Positions 1 to 9,389 of a DNA stretch of 38,723 nt are shown piece after piece. The stretch lies in sequence record SRR2962707_1591, one strand, 5' to 3'. Position 1 is the first letter of the stretch; every line of letters starts with the position of its first letter. The notes under the pieces were generated by a model. That model worked only from the letters and a program-made list of their open reading frames with translations. It ran no database searches and was not told where the DNA came from. Made by a program: the position numbers and the translations under genes.

Positions 1-29
1 CACAGGTTCAATCCCTGTCACGCCCACCA
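1..29 (+). tRNA. 3' end of a tRNA (T-arm, acceptor strand, CCA), probably tRNA-Val; truncated by the window start
   Basis: T-arm ACAGG-TTCAATC-CCTGT, then CACGCCC-A-CCA. This matches my recollection of alphaproteobacterial tRNA-Val 3' ends. The anticodon is outside the window. Confidence 0.9.
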
Positions 30-255
30 TTGCCACCCCAATTTCCAACAGCAACACTGCCCGGCACCCTCAAATCGCCGGGATTTGCCCAATAGTCGGG
101 CACATGCTGGCAAATTGCCATTTTCGCGCTGCGTCAAATGGCCTATTCCAGTTGCTCCGCGCCCCGGCGCAGCTTCCCGTCTTGTGTGCGGCTCTGGCCG
201 TGCAAGGCCCGACCCGGGTTGTCCCGTGAGCGGACTGCCCCAAGAGCGATAACCC

Positions 256-1392
256 ATGCCGTTGAATGTCCAGTCTTTGAAGAACGTCTCACCCCGCCAG
301 ATCCTGTTGGGCGCCGGTATCGTGCTGCTCGTGGTGATTATCGTGGTTTTCTGTTACCGGCTTTACGGGCGGTTCGCGGGCCAGGAGGGACAGCATTTCC
401 CGATGCCGGTCGTCGAGACCATCGCGGCGCAAACGGAGCAGGTCGAAGTGCTGGTTTCCGCGCTCGGGACGCTGCAGGCGGATCAGGCGATCACGGTCAC
501 GCCGGAAATCACTGGCATCGTCACCAGCATCGATTTCGAGGACGGCCAGCGCATCGAGAAAGACGGCATCATCATCACGATCGACGACAAGGATCTGAAG
601 GCTCGTCTGGCGCAGTCCGAGGCGCGGCTCACGCTGACGCGGGCCAACTACCAGCGCGCCGAACGTCTGTTGAAGCAGGGCTCGGGAACGGCGCGCGCGC
701 GCGACGAAGCGCTCAACGACTTCAAGTCGGCGGAAGCGGAAGTTGCGGCGACCAAGAGCGCGCTGGACAAGGCGACCATCACGGCGCCTTTCTCCGGGAT
801 CATCGGTTTGCGGCAGGTGAGCCTTGGCCAGTATGTGACGGCCGGCCAGCCGATTGCCACGCTCGCCGATGTCGACAATCTCCGCATCGATTTCCGCGTG
901 TCGGAAACTTTCCTCGTCCAGATCGCGAAGGGGCAGGATGTCAGCGTCGTTTTCGATGCGCTGCCGGGAGAAACCTACAAGGGTGTCATCAGCGCGGTCG
1001 ATCCGGTGGTCAGCGTCGACGGGCGTGCGCTTAGCGTCCGCGCGCTCCTTTCCAATGACACTGGCAAGCTGCGTCCGGGGCTTTTCGGCCGCGTCGAAAT
1101 CATCACGGAAGTGCGCGATTCGATCCTGTTACCGGAATCCGCGGTCGTCGCATCGCCGGAAGGCGGAGAAGCGGTTTTCAAGGTCATCGACGGCAAGGCA
1201 GAGCTCAACCCCGTCAAGCTTGGTGAGCGCCAGCCGGGCAAGGTCGAGATACTCTCGGGCGTCGAGGAGGGCGATACCATCATCGTCAGCGGGCAGTTGA
1301 AGATACAGAACGGCGCCCCGGTTGATATCGCGAACGAGAAAGAGGCCGGCGGCGAACCGGCGGCAGAGGCAAACGCCGCTACGGCGAACTAG
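256..1392 (+). CDS. RND efflux periplasmic adaptor (membrane fusion protein)
   Basis: N-terminal TM anchor, lipoyl-like half, coiled-coil hairpin, ITAPFSGIIG and LRPGLFGRV motifs; lies directly upstream of an RND permease. Confidence 0.95.
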   Translation: MPLNVQSLKNVSPRQILLGAGIVLLVVIIVVFCYRLYGRFAGQEGQHFPMPVVETIAAQTEQVEVLVSALGTLQADQAITVTPEITGIVTSIDFEDGQRIEKDGIIITIDDKDLKARLAQSEARLTLTRANYQRAERLLKQGSGTARARDEALNDFKSAEAEVAATKSALDKATITAPFSGIIGLRQVSLGQYVTAGQPIATLADVDNLRIDFRVSETFLVQIAKGQDVSVVFDALPGETYKGVISAVDPVVSVDGRALSVRALLSNDTGKLRPGLFGRVEIITEVRDSILLPESAVVASPEGGEAVFKVIDGKAELNPVKLGERQPGKVEILSGVEEGDTIIVSGQLKIQNGAPVDIANEKEAGGEPAAEANAATAN

Positions 1393-1405
1393 CCGGGGGA
1401 CGGGC

Positions 1406-4400
1406 ATGAACATTTCCGAACTCTTTATCCGCCGGCCCGTCTTCGCGACGGTGGTGAGCCTCATTCTGATGCTGATCGGGCTCGTCTCCTACGACCGGCT
1501 CTCGGTGCGCGAGTATCCGGAGATCGACGAGCCTGTCGTGACCGTGACGACGACCTATCGCGGCGCGAGCGCCTCGGTGATCGAGCGCGAAGTCACGCAA
1601 CCGCTCGAAGACTCCATGGCTGGTATCGAGGGCATCGAGGTTCTGTCGTCGGCAAGCCGCGCCGAGACAAGCCAGGTGACGGCCCGCTTCAGTCTCGAAA
1701 CGGACCCGGACGTTGCAGCGAGCGATGTGCGCGACCGCGTCGGGCGCGCGCGCGGCCTGCTGCCCGACGAGATCGAAGAGCCGATCATTGCCAAAGTCGA
1801 GGCCGACGCGCAGCCGATCATGTATATCGCCTTCAAGAGCGATCGCATGTCGGAACTCGACATTACCGACTATCTCGACCGCATTGTGACGGACCGGCTT
1901 CAGAACCAGCCGGGCGTGGCGCAGGTTTCGGTCTTCGGCGGCCGCGAATATTCGATGCGCGTGTGGATCGACCGTGCCCGTCTCGCTGCCTACAACCTGA
2001 CCGTTCAGGACATCGAAAACGCGGTTCGTGCGCAGAACGCAGAAATTCCTTCGGGGCGTATCGAAAGCCGCGACCGCGAATTCACCGTGGTTTCAAAGAC
2101 CGCGCTGCAGACGCCGGAGGAATTCAGGAACATCGTCGTCAAGGAGACGGACGGCTTCCAGGTTCGCATGAGCCAGGTGGCGAAGGTGGAAGTTGCGGCT
2201 GCGGACGAACGCCGCTCCGCGACCTATAACGGCGAGACGTCCATTTCGCTCGGCGTCGTGAAGCAGGCGACCGCCAATCCGCTCGATGTCGCCGCGAATG
2301 TGCGCAAGGCGCTCGACGATCTCGCGCCGACATTGCCGACCGGCATGTCGTCTTTCGTCGGCTACGACACATCCATCTTCATCGCGGAGTCGATCGACTC
2401 CGTTTACGAAACGATTTTCGAAGCCGTCATTCTCGTCGTGCTCGTGATTTTCGTTTTTCTGCGAACCCTGCGTGCCTCGTTCATTCCCGTTGTCACGATT
2501 CCGATTTCGCTGATTACGAGTTTCGCGATCATGCTGATGCTCGGCTTCAGCATCAATACGCTAACGCTTCTTGCCATGGTGCTCGCCATCGGTCTCGTGG
2601 TGGACGACGCCATCGTGATGCTCGAGAACATCTATCGGCATATCGAAGAAGGAAAATCTCCCTTCCAGGGCGCCATCGAGGGCTCAAAGGAAATTACGTT
2701 CGCCGTCATCGCGATGACGCTCACGCTGGCTGCGGTTTATGCGCCGGTCGGTTTCGCAGAGGGCCGGACGGGCAAGCTATTCCTTGAATTTGCACTGACG
2801 CTGGCGGGAACTGTCGTCGTCTCCGGTTTTGTCGCGCTGACGCTGACGCCCATGCTCTGCTCGAAGCTGTTGCGGCACGAAACGAGAGAAACACGGCTGC
2901 AGCGCTGGCTTCGCCTGCGACTCGACGAGATCGACGCCGGATACAAGGACATGCTCACACGCGCGCTGGCGCGCCGCCGTATCATTCTCGGGATCGCATT
3001 CGGTGTTGCACTTTCCTGCGGCGGTCTCTTCATGCTTCTGCAACAGGAACTCGCTCCCTTCGAGGATCGCGGCACGCTGCTCGTCGTCGGCCAGGCACCG
3101 CAAGGCGCAACACTGGAATTCTCCCAGCGGTATGCGAAGCAGCTTGAGGCGATTTATGTCGATATTCCGGAAGTTGCGGGCTATCTCGTCGTTTCCGGGT
3201 TTCCGCAGATCACGGACCTGATCTCTTTCTCGCGCCTTGTTCCCTGGGAGGAGCGCGACCGCACGCAGCAGGACATCGTTCAAACGCTACAGCCGAAGCT
3301 CAACCGGATTCCCGGTATCATGGCGTTTGCGGTCAATCCGCCCTCGCTCGGCCAGAGCGGAAGATCGCAGCCCATCGAATATGTCATTCAGGCATCAGGC
3401 AGCTATGAAGAGCTCGAGCACTATGTAAGCGCAATGATGCAGGAAGTGTGGGCCAATCCGGGTTTCGTGAACCCGGACACAAACCTCAAGCTGCAGAAGC
3501 CCCAGCTCGACATTACCGTGAACCGCGCAAAGGTCGTTGACGCGGGCATCGACGTTTCGACGGTGGGCCGGACGCTTGAAACGCTGCTCGGGGGACGTCA
3601 GATCACGCGTTACGAGCAAGGCGGCAAACAATATGACGTGATCGTACAGGTGGCCGACGACGACCGGCGCACACCGACCGACATCAGCAACATCTATGTC
3701 CGCGGCGGAAAGGGCGAGATGATCCAGTTGTCGAATCTCGTCACGGTACAGGAAACGGTGGCGCCGAATTCGCTCAACCATTTCAACCAGCTCAGATCGG
3801 CGACGATTTCCGCCAACCTCTCGCCGGGCTATTCGATGGGCGAAGCGCTCGAATTCCTCGATGCGACGGCGCTGCGCCTGCTGCCTGCAAACGCGCAGAC
3901 CGATGTCGACGGGCAGCTTCGCGAATTCGTGAAGTCGTCCGGCACGATTGCCGTCACCTTCGTCCTCGCGCTGCTCTTCATCTATCTCGTTCTCGCGGCG
4001 CAGTTCGAGAGCTTCATCGATCCGCTGATCATTCTCGTCAGTGTGCCCCTCTCCATTGCCGGCGCGCTCATGCTGCTGTTCCTCACCAACACGACGCTGA
4101 ACATCTACAGTCAGGTCGGCCTGATCACGCTGGTCGGCCTTATCAGCAAGCACGGTATTCTGATCGTCGAATTCTCGAACCAGCTTCGTGAGAAGGGTCT
4201 GTCGGTTTACGACGCGGTGGTCGAGGCGGCGGGGCTTCGCCTCCGCCCGATCCTGATGACGACCGGCGCGATGGTGCTCGGTGCGATGCCGCTTGCGCTC
4301 GCTTCGGGCGCGGGTGCGGAGAGCCGCCGTTCCATCGGCTATGTGATCGTCGGCGGCATCAGCTTCGGCACGCTGCTGACGCTGTTCGTCGTGCCGACCG

Positions 4401-4480
4401 TCTATCTGATTATTGCGGGCTGGCGGGAGCGCAGGATCGAGGCGAAGGCCGCAGGCGCGGCGCACGCGCCGGCCGACTAG
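1406..4480 (+). CDS. RND efflux permease (AcrB/AcrD/AcrF family)
   Basis: Begins MNISELFIRRPVFATV at ATG 1406. Proton-relay motifs GLVVDDAIVMLENI, GLISKHGILIVEF and RLRPILMT are present; about 1024 aa. Confidence 0.97.
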   Translation: MNISELFIRRPVFATVVSLILMLIGLVSYDRLSVREYPEIDEPVVTVTTTYRGASASVIEREVTQPLEDSMAGIEGIEVLSSASRAETSQVTARFSLETDPDVAASDVRDRVGRARGLLPDEIEEPIIAKVEADAQPIMYIAFKSDRMSELDITDYLDRIVTDRLQNQPGVAQVSVFGGREYSMRVWIDRARLAAYNLTVQDIENAVRAQNAEIPSGRIESRDREFTVVSKTALQTPEEFRNIVVKETDGFQVRMSQVAKVEVAAADERRSATYNGETSISLGVVKQATANPLDVAANVRKALDDLAPTLPTGMSSFVGYDTSIFIAESIDSVYETIFEAVILVVLVIFVFLRTLRASFIPVVTIPISLITSFAIMLMLGFSINTLTLLAMVLAIGLVVDDAIVMLENIYRHIEEGKSPFQGAIEGSKEITFAVIAMTLTLAAVYAPVGFAEGRTGKLFLEFALTLAGTVVVSGFVALTLTPMLCSKLLRHETRETRLQRWLRLRLDEIDAGYKDMLTRALARRRIILGIAFGVALSCGGLFMLLQQELAPFEDRGTLLVVGQAPQGATLEFSQRYAKQLEAIYVDIPEVAGYLVVSGFPQITDLISFSRLVPWEERDRTQQDIVQTLQPKLNRIPGIMAFAVNPPSLGQSGRSQPIEYVIQASGSYEELEHYVSAMMQEVWANPGFVNPDTNLKLQKPQLDITVNRAKVVDAGIDVSTVGRTLETLLGGRQITRYEQGGKQYDVIVQVADDDRRTPTDISNIYVRGGKGEMIQLSNLVTVQETVAPNSLNHFNQLRSATISANLSPGYSMGEALEFLDATALRLLPANAQTDVDGQLREFVKSSGTIAVTFVLALLFIYLVLAAQFESFIDPLIILVSVPLSIAGALMLLFLTNTTLNIYSQVGLITLVGLISKHGILIVEFSNQLREKGLSVYDAVVEAAGLRLRPILMTTGAMVLGAMPLALASGAGAESRRSIGYVIVGGISFGTLLTLFVVPTVYLIIAGWRERRIEAKAAGAAHAPAD

Positions 4481-4483
4481 GTT

Positions 4484-5737
4484 TCAAAAATACCTGGCGA
4501 TCCTGATCTGCACATAGTCGTCGTCGGCGATGTTGTAGACCGGATCACGCGTGGGAACGTCTGCGAAGAAATAAGCTTCGAGTGAAAGCCTGTAGTCCGT
4601 CGCGATCCGCCTTTCGCCGCGAAAACGGAAACCGAGCGCGCCTGTTTCCGTGTCGACGACTGCGCCGCCCAGCATGCTCGTCGTCGCGATGTCGTTCGCC
4701 GACCAGCGGAACGCCAGAAAGGCGTCGTTCTGATAGGGGTTTCGCTGGTTCATGCCGCGCGTGTCATAGGCATATTCGACGACCGCTCCAAGGTCGCCAT
4801 CGGTGTCGAATGCGCCGTAGAACGTGTACTCGATGCCGCCGGTCGCCGCCGCATAGTCGTCGCCGAGCTCCCGCCGCCCGAAGCCCTCCAGCTTGTAGAG
4901 CCATGCACCGATTGTGGCTTGAAGATCGACCGATGCCTGCTTCATCTGCGGGTAGTAAGGAGCGAGCACGAGGTTGCCACCACCGTCGAGCGCAGGTTGC
5001 AGGATAGGATCGCGCGCCGTCCCTTGAAAGTAGGACACGCCAAGGTCGAAGTCGCCGAAACTGTTGCCGTAGCGCGTGGCGAAGTCCGGGTGCCACTCTT
5101 CCGCGCCGCTTTCGTAGCGCGTCAGGTCGCGTTCGACCGGGATGTCGGTTGCCGGGCGTCCTTCGCGCCCCGGGAAGGTCCGCTCCCGGAAATAGGGCAG
5201 GAGAAACGCCTCCAGCGTGCCGAAGGAACGGACGGTCCGCAGCCGCATCATGGGCTGACCGAGTTTCACTTCCTGTTTGATCGGGTCTTCGATGAAGTCC
5301 GTCTGGTTCACCACGTCGACGAGATGCACTGCCTCCGTCACACCCCAGAAGACCTTGTCGAAGCCGATGCGGAATTCCCAGTCCTCTGCGTAATAGGCGT
5401 AGCGTGCCTCGCGAATATCCCAATGGCTGCGTTCGCCATCGCGCTGGTCGAGACGGGCAAAGGGAGTAAAGACGAAAGCCTGGTCGTTTCCGTCCCAGAG
5501 ATATTGAGCGGTCACTTCGCCGGCGAGCGAGAGCGTCGTGTCTTGCTGGCGCGAACTCGACGGACTTTGCGTAAAGACGCGAAGCTCAGGCTCGATATAG
5601 CCCCGCAGCTCGAACTCGCTGCCATGGGCCGGGCCGGTCATGGCGGAACCAAGCCCCGCGCAAAGCGCGAGCGCTGCTCTTCCCCCGATCGACGCCTTCC
5701 ACACCACGCGACAAATCCTGCAAAGCAAAGAATGCAA
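4484..5737 (-). CDS. Putative outer-membrane beta-barrel protein
   Basis: Signal-peptide-like region ending AHG/S, alternating aromatic beta-strands, C-terminal beta-signal (...IARYF). The true start may be slightly downstream. Confidence 0.75.
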   Translation of the reverse strand: MHSLLCRICRVVWKASIGGRAALALCAGLGSAMTGPAHGSEFELRGYIEPELRVFTQSPSSSRQQDTTLSLAGEVTAQYLWDGNDQAFVFTPFARLDQRDGERSHWDIREARYAYYAEDWEFRIGFDKVFWGVTEAVHLVDVVNQTDFIEDPIKQEVKLGQPMMRLRTVRSFGTLEAFLLPYFRERTFPGREGRPATDIPVERDLTRYESGAEEWHPDFATRYGNSFGDFDLGVSYFQGTARDPILQPALDGGGNLVLAPYYPQMKQASVDLQATIGAWLYKLEGFGRRELGDDYAAATGGIEYTFYGAFDTDGDLGAVVEYAYDTRGMNQRNPYQNDAFLAFRWSANDIATTSMLGGAVVDTETGALGFRFRGERRIATDYRLSLEAYFFADVPTRDPVYNIADDDYVQIRIARYF

Positions 5738-5797
5738 CGAAAGTTACAGGTCCGGTCTTAACCGTCCGCAAACGAACTTCTTAACAAGGCCTTTCGA

Positions 5798-6631
5798 TCA
5801 GCGTGCCCGCTCAAGGCTCGAGGTCGAGAAATCCTTTTCGGTCAGCCCGGTTTTGAATTCATAGCCTTCCCAGATGAGCGTCGTTTTCTTGTCCGTCTCG
5901 TGGTTGATCATTTCGAGTTCGCGTGGGCGCCAGATGCTGTCGAGATAGCTGTCATACTCGCCGACAGTCAGCGTTTTCAGGAGCGCGGTCTTGCGGTCGT
6001 AGTAGTCCGTCTTGCGGAGCAGGTAGTCGGTGGTGTCGATCCAGACGGCCTGCTTCGTATAGCCGGAGCCTTCATAAGCGGGGGTCCGCTCAATGACATG
6101 GCATGTGCGTTCGCCGCACGGCTCGTCCCGCAGCCATTGATAGGTGAACTTGCCGACCTCTTGCGCCGCGAGATCCTCGAAGGCGAATTCGCTGCCGACG
6201 AAGGGACCGGATTTGTTGGAGGAAGAAATACGCTTCACGCGCTTCACGGCGGGCAGATAGAGCCACTGGTCGTCGGGTTCGCCGACATGCGCGTGGGTAA
6301 GCAGCGCCGTTCCCTCGATGTCGCGTGGCTTGTCGAAGACCATCAGGCTCCAGTCGCCTTCGTTCGCTTCCGTCACCTCGAGCATCGTGAATTGCAGCTC
6401 GCGCTCGCTGATGTCTCCGGCGGCGTTGGTCAGCACCATTTTCATGCGCGCTTTGGCGTCACTCCAGCCGCTGTCGCGGCGGTCCATCTCTTCGGCAATG
6501 GCGAGGCCGCGGGCGGCAGGGTCGCTTTCGGGCGGCAACGCCGTTTCCGCGGCTGCGGGCGCCGCGCGCATGCCTGCGAGCAGGGCGAGAGTAGCGATGA
6601 AGACGGCTACTTTTCTGGTTGGTCCGGTCAC
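5798..6631 (-). CDS. Outer membrane lipoprotein-sorting (LolA-like) periplasmic protein
   Basis: GTG start with GGAGGGG RBS, signal peptide, and DDQWLYLPAVKRVKRISS and FVGSEFAFED motifs typical of the LolA_like family. Confidence 0.88.
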   Translation of the reverse strand: MTGPTRKVAVFIATLALLAGMRAAPAAAETALPPESDPAARGLAIAEEMDRRDSGWSDAKARMKMVLTNAAGDISERELQFTMLEVTEANEGDWSLMVFDKPRDIEGTALLTHAHVGEPDDQWLYLPAVKRVKRISSSNKSGPFVGSEFAFEDLAAQEVGKFTYQWLRDEPCGERTCHVIERTPAYEGSGYTKQAVWIDTTDYLLRKTDYYDRKTALLKTLTVGEYDSYLDSIWRPRELEMINHETDKKTTLIWEGYEFKTGLTEKDFSTSSLERAR

Positions 6632-6713
6632 GTTTTCCCCTCCCGTTCCGAGTCAGGGGATGATGCCTGCCAGCCTCACCCGTTCCAAGGGGAAATCGGA
6701 ATTTCGCCGCCGG

Positions 6714-7793
6714 TTAACCAACATCCGCCAGGGCGAGGCGTTTTTCGCGCATCTCGCGGATGACAGGCCCCAGCATTTCCTCATGGAAGCGGTCGCAGCC
6801 GATGCAGAGATTGGCGTAGGGCTTGCCCTGTGGCGTCGTGGTGTGGGAAGCCACGCGGAACTGTTCCTCGTCCCAGCCCATGCTTTCGCCCATATGGAGA
6901 GGGTCGCCGGCGTTCAGCGCCTCGAAGACAGGGTGGCCCTTCAAGCTCTCCAGAATGTCCACCAGCCGCTCGCCGGTCAGGTTTCCGAGCGGCAGCTTCG
7001 TCTTCAAGCAGCAGGGAAAGACGTCGCCATTGGGCTCGATCGCGACTTCCGATCCCGCCATCCCGTGGTTCAGGAAGTTTTTTGCACCCGACCAGCGGGA
7101 GCAGAAATTCGTGGCCATGGTCGCGGTCGAGAGGCCGTTTTCCCAAGCGCGGCCGCGCGGCCAGAGTTCGGCGATCCATTTGCCGGGCTGGGCGCCGAAA
7201 AAGACATAGAAGGGTCCGTCTTCCGTCAAGTGATCGCGACCGCTTGCGGGGTCAGGAACGGGCCGGAAGCCCGCGCTTTCAAACATGGCGGTAAGCTTTT
7301 CCACGAAGGGCTCGCGCTTCTCGCCTTCCATGCCGACGTGATAATCGTCGAGGCTCGCCACCGCGATCATCCAGACGCCGCGCTCGCGCAACTCGTCCAG
7401 GATTTTCGGGGTTACGACATCGCCCGTCGTCTGCATGCTGATCCGCGCGCCGCCGCGCCCGTATTTTTCCTGCACGGCTTCCATCGCCGGATACAAGAGC
7501 GCCTCGCGGACCGGATCGATCAGCAGCTCGCCGCCCGCCATGATGATGCGGCCGATGCGCGTCGAGGGCGTGCCGTCCGCGTTCGGATGGGCGGGATCGA
7601 GATAGGTCATGGTGTTGGGGAGATTCGCGATGATGCGGCGATGATTGTCGATGCCCTCGCCGACGACAGCCTTCAACTCGCCCCGAACATAGGGCCGGAA
7701 GCGCGTGTCGTAGCAGTGCTTGCACTTCCTGTGGCAGGCATAGGTGAGGACGTAGTAGATCGATTCCATCGCCGGGTGCTCTCCGTTGCTCAT
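6714..7793 (-). CDS. Radical SAM protein with a reduced SPASM/twitch-like C-terminal domain
   Basis: CxxxCxxC (CHRKCKHC), GGE motif, C-terminal IEPNGDVFPCC and CIGC. Alternative starts at 7769 and 7814. Confidence 0.9.
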   Translation of the reverse strand: MSNGEHPAMESIYYVLTYACHRKCKHCYDTRFRPYVRGELKAVVGEGIDNHRRIIANLPNTMTYLDPAHPNADGTPSTRIGRIIMAGGELLIDPVREALLYPAMEAVQEKYGRGGARISMQTTGDVVTPKILDELRERGVWMIAVASLDDYHVGMEGEKREPFVEKLTAMFESAGFRPVPDPASGRDHLTEDGPFYVFFGAQPGKWIAELWPRGRAWENGLSTATMATNFCSRWSGAKNFLNHGMAGSEVAIEPNGDVFPCCLKTKLPLGNLTGERLVDILESLKGHPVFEALNAGDPLHMGESMGWDEEQFRVASHTTTPQGKPYANLCIGCDRFHEEMLGPVIREMREKRLALADVG

Positions 7794-7842
7794 GCGAGCA
7801 TAGCGGAGGAACACCTCACGAGCGCTTCACATCTGCGCGAGT

Positions 7843-8688
7843 CTAGAAAGGCCGGTCGCCATCCACAGTCACGCGCTCCATGTGGCGGCGGTGGCCGTGG
7901 TAGTCGTTGAGCGCGAAGTGCTGCGCTGCGCGATTGTCCCAGAAGGCGATGGCGTGTTTCGTCCAGCGGAAGCGGCAGGTGAAGGGCTCCTGCGTGCAAT
8001 GCTCGAAGAGGAAGTTGAGCAGCGGGCGGCTTTCGCGCCTCGTCATGCCGCTGAATTTTTCGGTGAAGGCCGGGTTCACATAGAGCGCCTTGCGGCCCGT
8101 CTCGGGATGGGTGCGCACGACCGGGTGTTCGAAGAAAGGCGTGTCGTCGCCCGCCGTCGCGACCTCCATGCCCTTGCGCTGTTGCGCCGAGTGGCCGCGC
8201 TCGCTGTATTCGCCCTTCGCGGTGTGGATGGCCTTCAGGCCTTCCAGCATCGTCTTCATGCCGTCCGACAGGGCTTCGTAGGCGAGATACTGGTTAGCCC
8301 AGAGCGTGTCGCCGCCATAGGGCGGCACCTCCTTCGCGTAAAGGATCGAGCCGAGCGCCGGCTCTTCGAGAAACGACATGTCGGAGTGCCAGCCGCCGCC
8401 GAAATTAATGCGGTCTTCCGGCTCCTTCACGATCTTCATGATCTCCGGGTGGCCATCCATGCCTTTCACGTAAGGGTGGATGTTCAGCGTGCCGAAGCGG
8501 CGGCCGAAAGCCTTGTGCTGCTCGTGGTCGATGCTCTGGTCGCGGAAGAAGATCACGACATGGTCGAGAAAGGCCTGGTGGATGGCATCGAAGGTTTCGT
8601 TCGAGAGGTCCTTCGACAGGTCCACGCCTTCAATCTCGGCGCCGAGCGCGCCGGATATCGGCTTCACTTCGATGGTCTTCTGTCCCAT
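7843..8688 (-). CDS. TauD/TfdA family Fe(II)/2-oxoglutarate dioxygenase
   Basis: WHSD (HxD), GGDTLWAN, HPVVRTHPETGRKALYVN and WDNR...QH motifs; GAGGAGG RBS. Confidence 0.95.
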   Translation of the reverse strand: MGQKTIEVKPISGALGAEIEGVDLSKDLSNETFDAIHQAFLDHVVIFFRDQSIDHEQHKAFGRRFGTLNIHPYVKGMDGHPEIMKIVKEPEDRINFGGGWHSDMSFLEEPALGSILYAKEVPPYGGDTLWANQYLAYEALSDGMKTMLEGLKAIHTAKGEYSERGHSAQQRKGMEVATAGDDTPFFEHPVVRTHPETGRKALYVNPAFTEKFSGMTRRESRPLLNFLFEHCTQEPFTCRFRWTKHAIAFWDNRAAQHFALNDYHGHRRHMERVTVDGDRPF

Positions 8689-8706
8689 GTCAGCCTCCTC
8701 GTGGCT

Positions 8707-9315
8707 TCACGCGGTCGCCTTCTGAAAGGCGGGGCGTTCGCCAAGCAATGCGAAATAGGCATTCACGTTCGGGTAATCGTCTGTCAGCAGGCTGAACAGC
8801 TTGCAGAGCAGAAGATCGTAGCCGAGCATTGCATCCGCCGCGGTGAATTCATCGCCGCAGATGTAATCCTTGCTGGCAAGCTCCCCGTCGAGAAGGCCGA
8901 GAATCTTTTTGGCGTTCTCCACACTCTCCGCTGCAACCTGCGGAATACGCTGGTCTTCGGGGCGGATGAAAGAGTGCTGCGCGATGTTGCCGAGCGGGCC
9001 CATGAAGGTCGCCTCGGCGAAATGGAACCAGTGGAGATATTTCCCGTGTTCCGCCGTGCCCGGCTTCGGTTCCAGCTTTCCCTTGCCGTGCTTCCCGAGC
9101 AGATATTGCGCGATCGCGCCGGACTCGTTCAGAATCAGCCCGTCATCGTCGATGGACGGCACCTTGCCGAGCGGGTGGATCGCCAGATAGGCCTCGGACT
9201 GGAGATCTTCAGGGGCGAATTTGAGGGTTTTCACCTCGTAGGGAATGCCGAGCTCCTCACAGAGCCAGATGATGCGCACGGAGCGCGTGTTCGGTGCATG
9301 GTAGATCTTGAGCAT
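8707..9315 (-). CDS. Glutathione S-transferase family protein
   Basis: MLKIYHAPNTRS, HPLGKVP, LNESGAI and FTAAD motifs; ATG 9315 with GGAG RBS. Confidence 0.93.
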   Translation of the reverse strand: MLKIYHAPNTRSVRIIWLCEELGIPYEVKTLKFAPEDLQSEAYLAIHPLGKVPSIDDDGLILNESGAIAQYLLGKHGKGKLEPKPGTAEHGKYLHWFHFAEATFMGPLGNIAQHSFIRPEDQRIPQVAAESVENAKKILGLLDGELASKDYICGDEFTAADAMLGYDLLLCKLFSLLTDDYPNVNAYFALLGERPAFQKATA

Positions 9316-9389
9316 GTTTTCTCCCTGAGCGCGCCTCTTTTCCGGGCGCCGTTCGGTTGCCGTTTCCGCCAGTCTAGCGGAAGCGGCGC

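Noticed and set aside
1-255. tRNA 3' end as the attachment site of a genomic island
   Set aside because: No integrase or transposase follows, I saw no second copy of the tRNA 3' end in the window, and composition looks host-like.
5755-5790. CtrA site from two TTAA half-sites
   Set aside because: The spacing is 19 nt, not the TTAA-N7-TTAA pattern.
6714-7793. Radical SAM enzyme as an anaerobic sulfatase maturase for the nearby sulfatase
   Set aside because: It has too few auxiliary Cys for an anSME-type SPASM domain and lies 8 kb away in a different transcription unit.
6714-9315. RiPP biosynthetic cluster
   Set aside because: No precursor peptide, RRE/PqqD domain or peptidase was found nearby.
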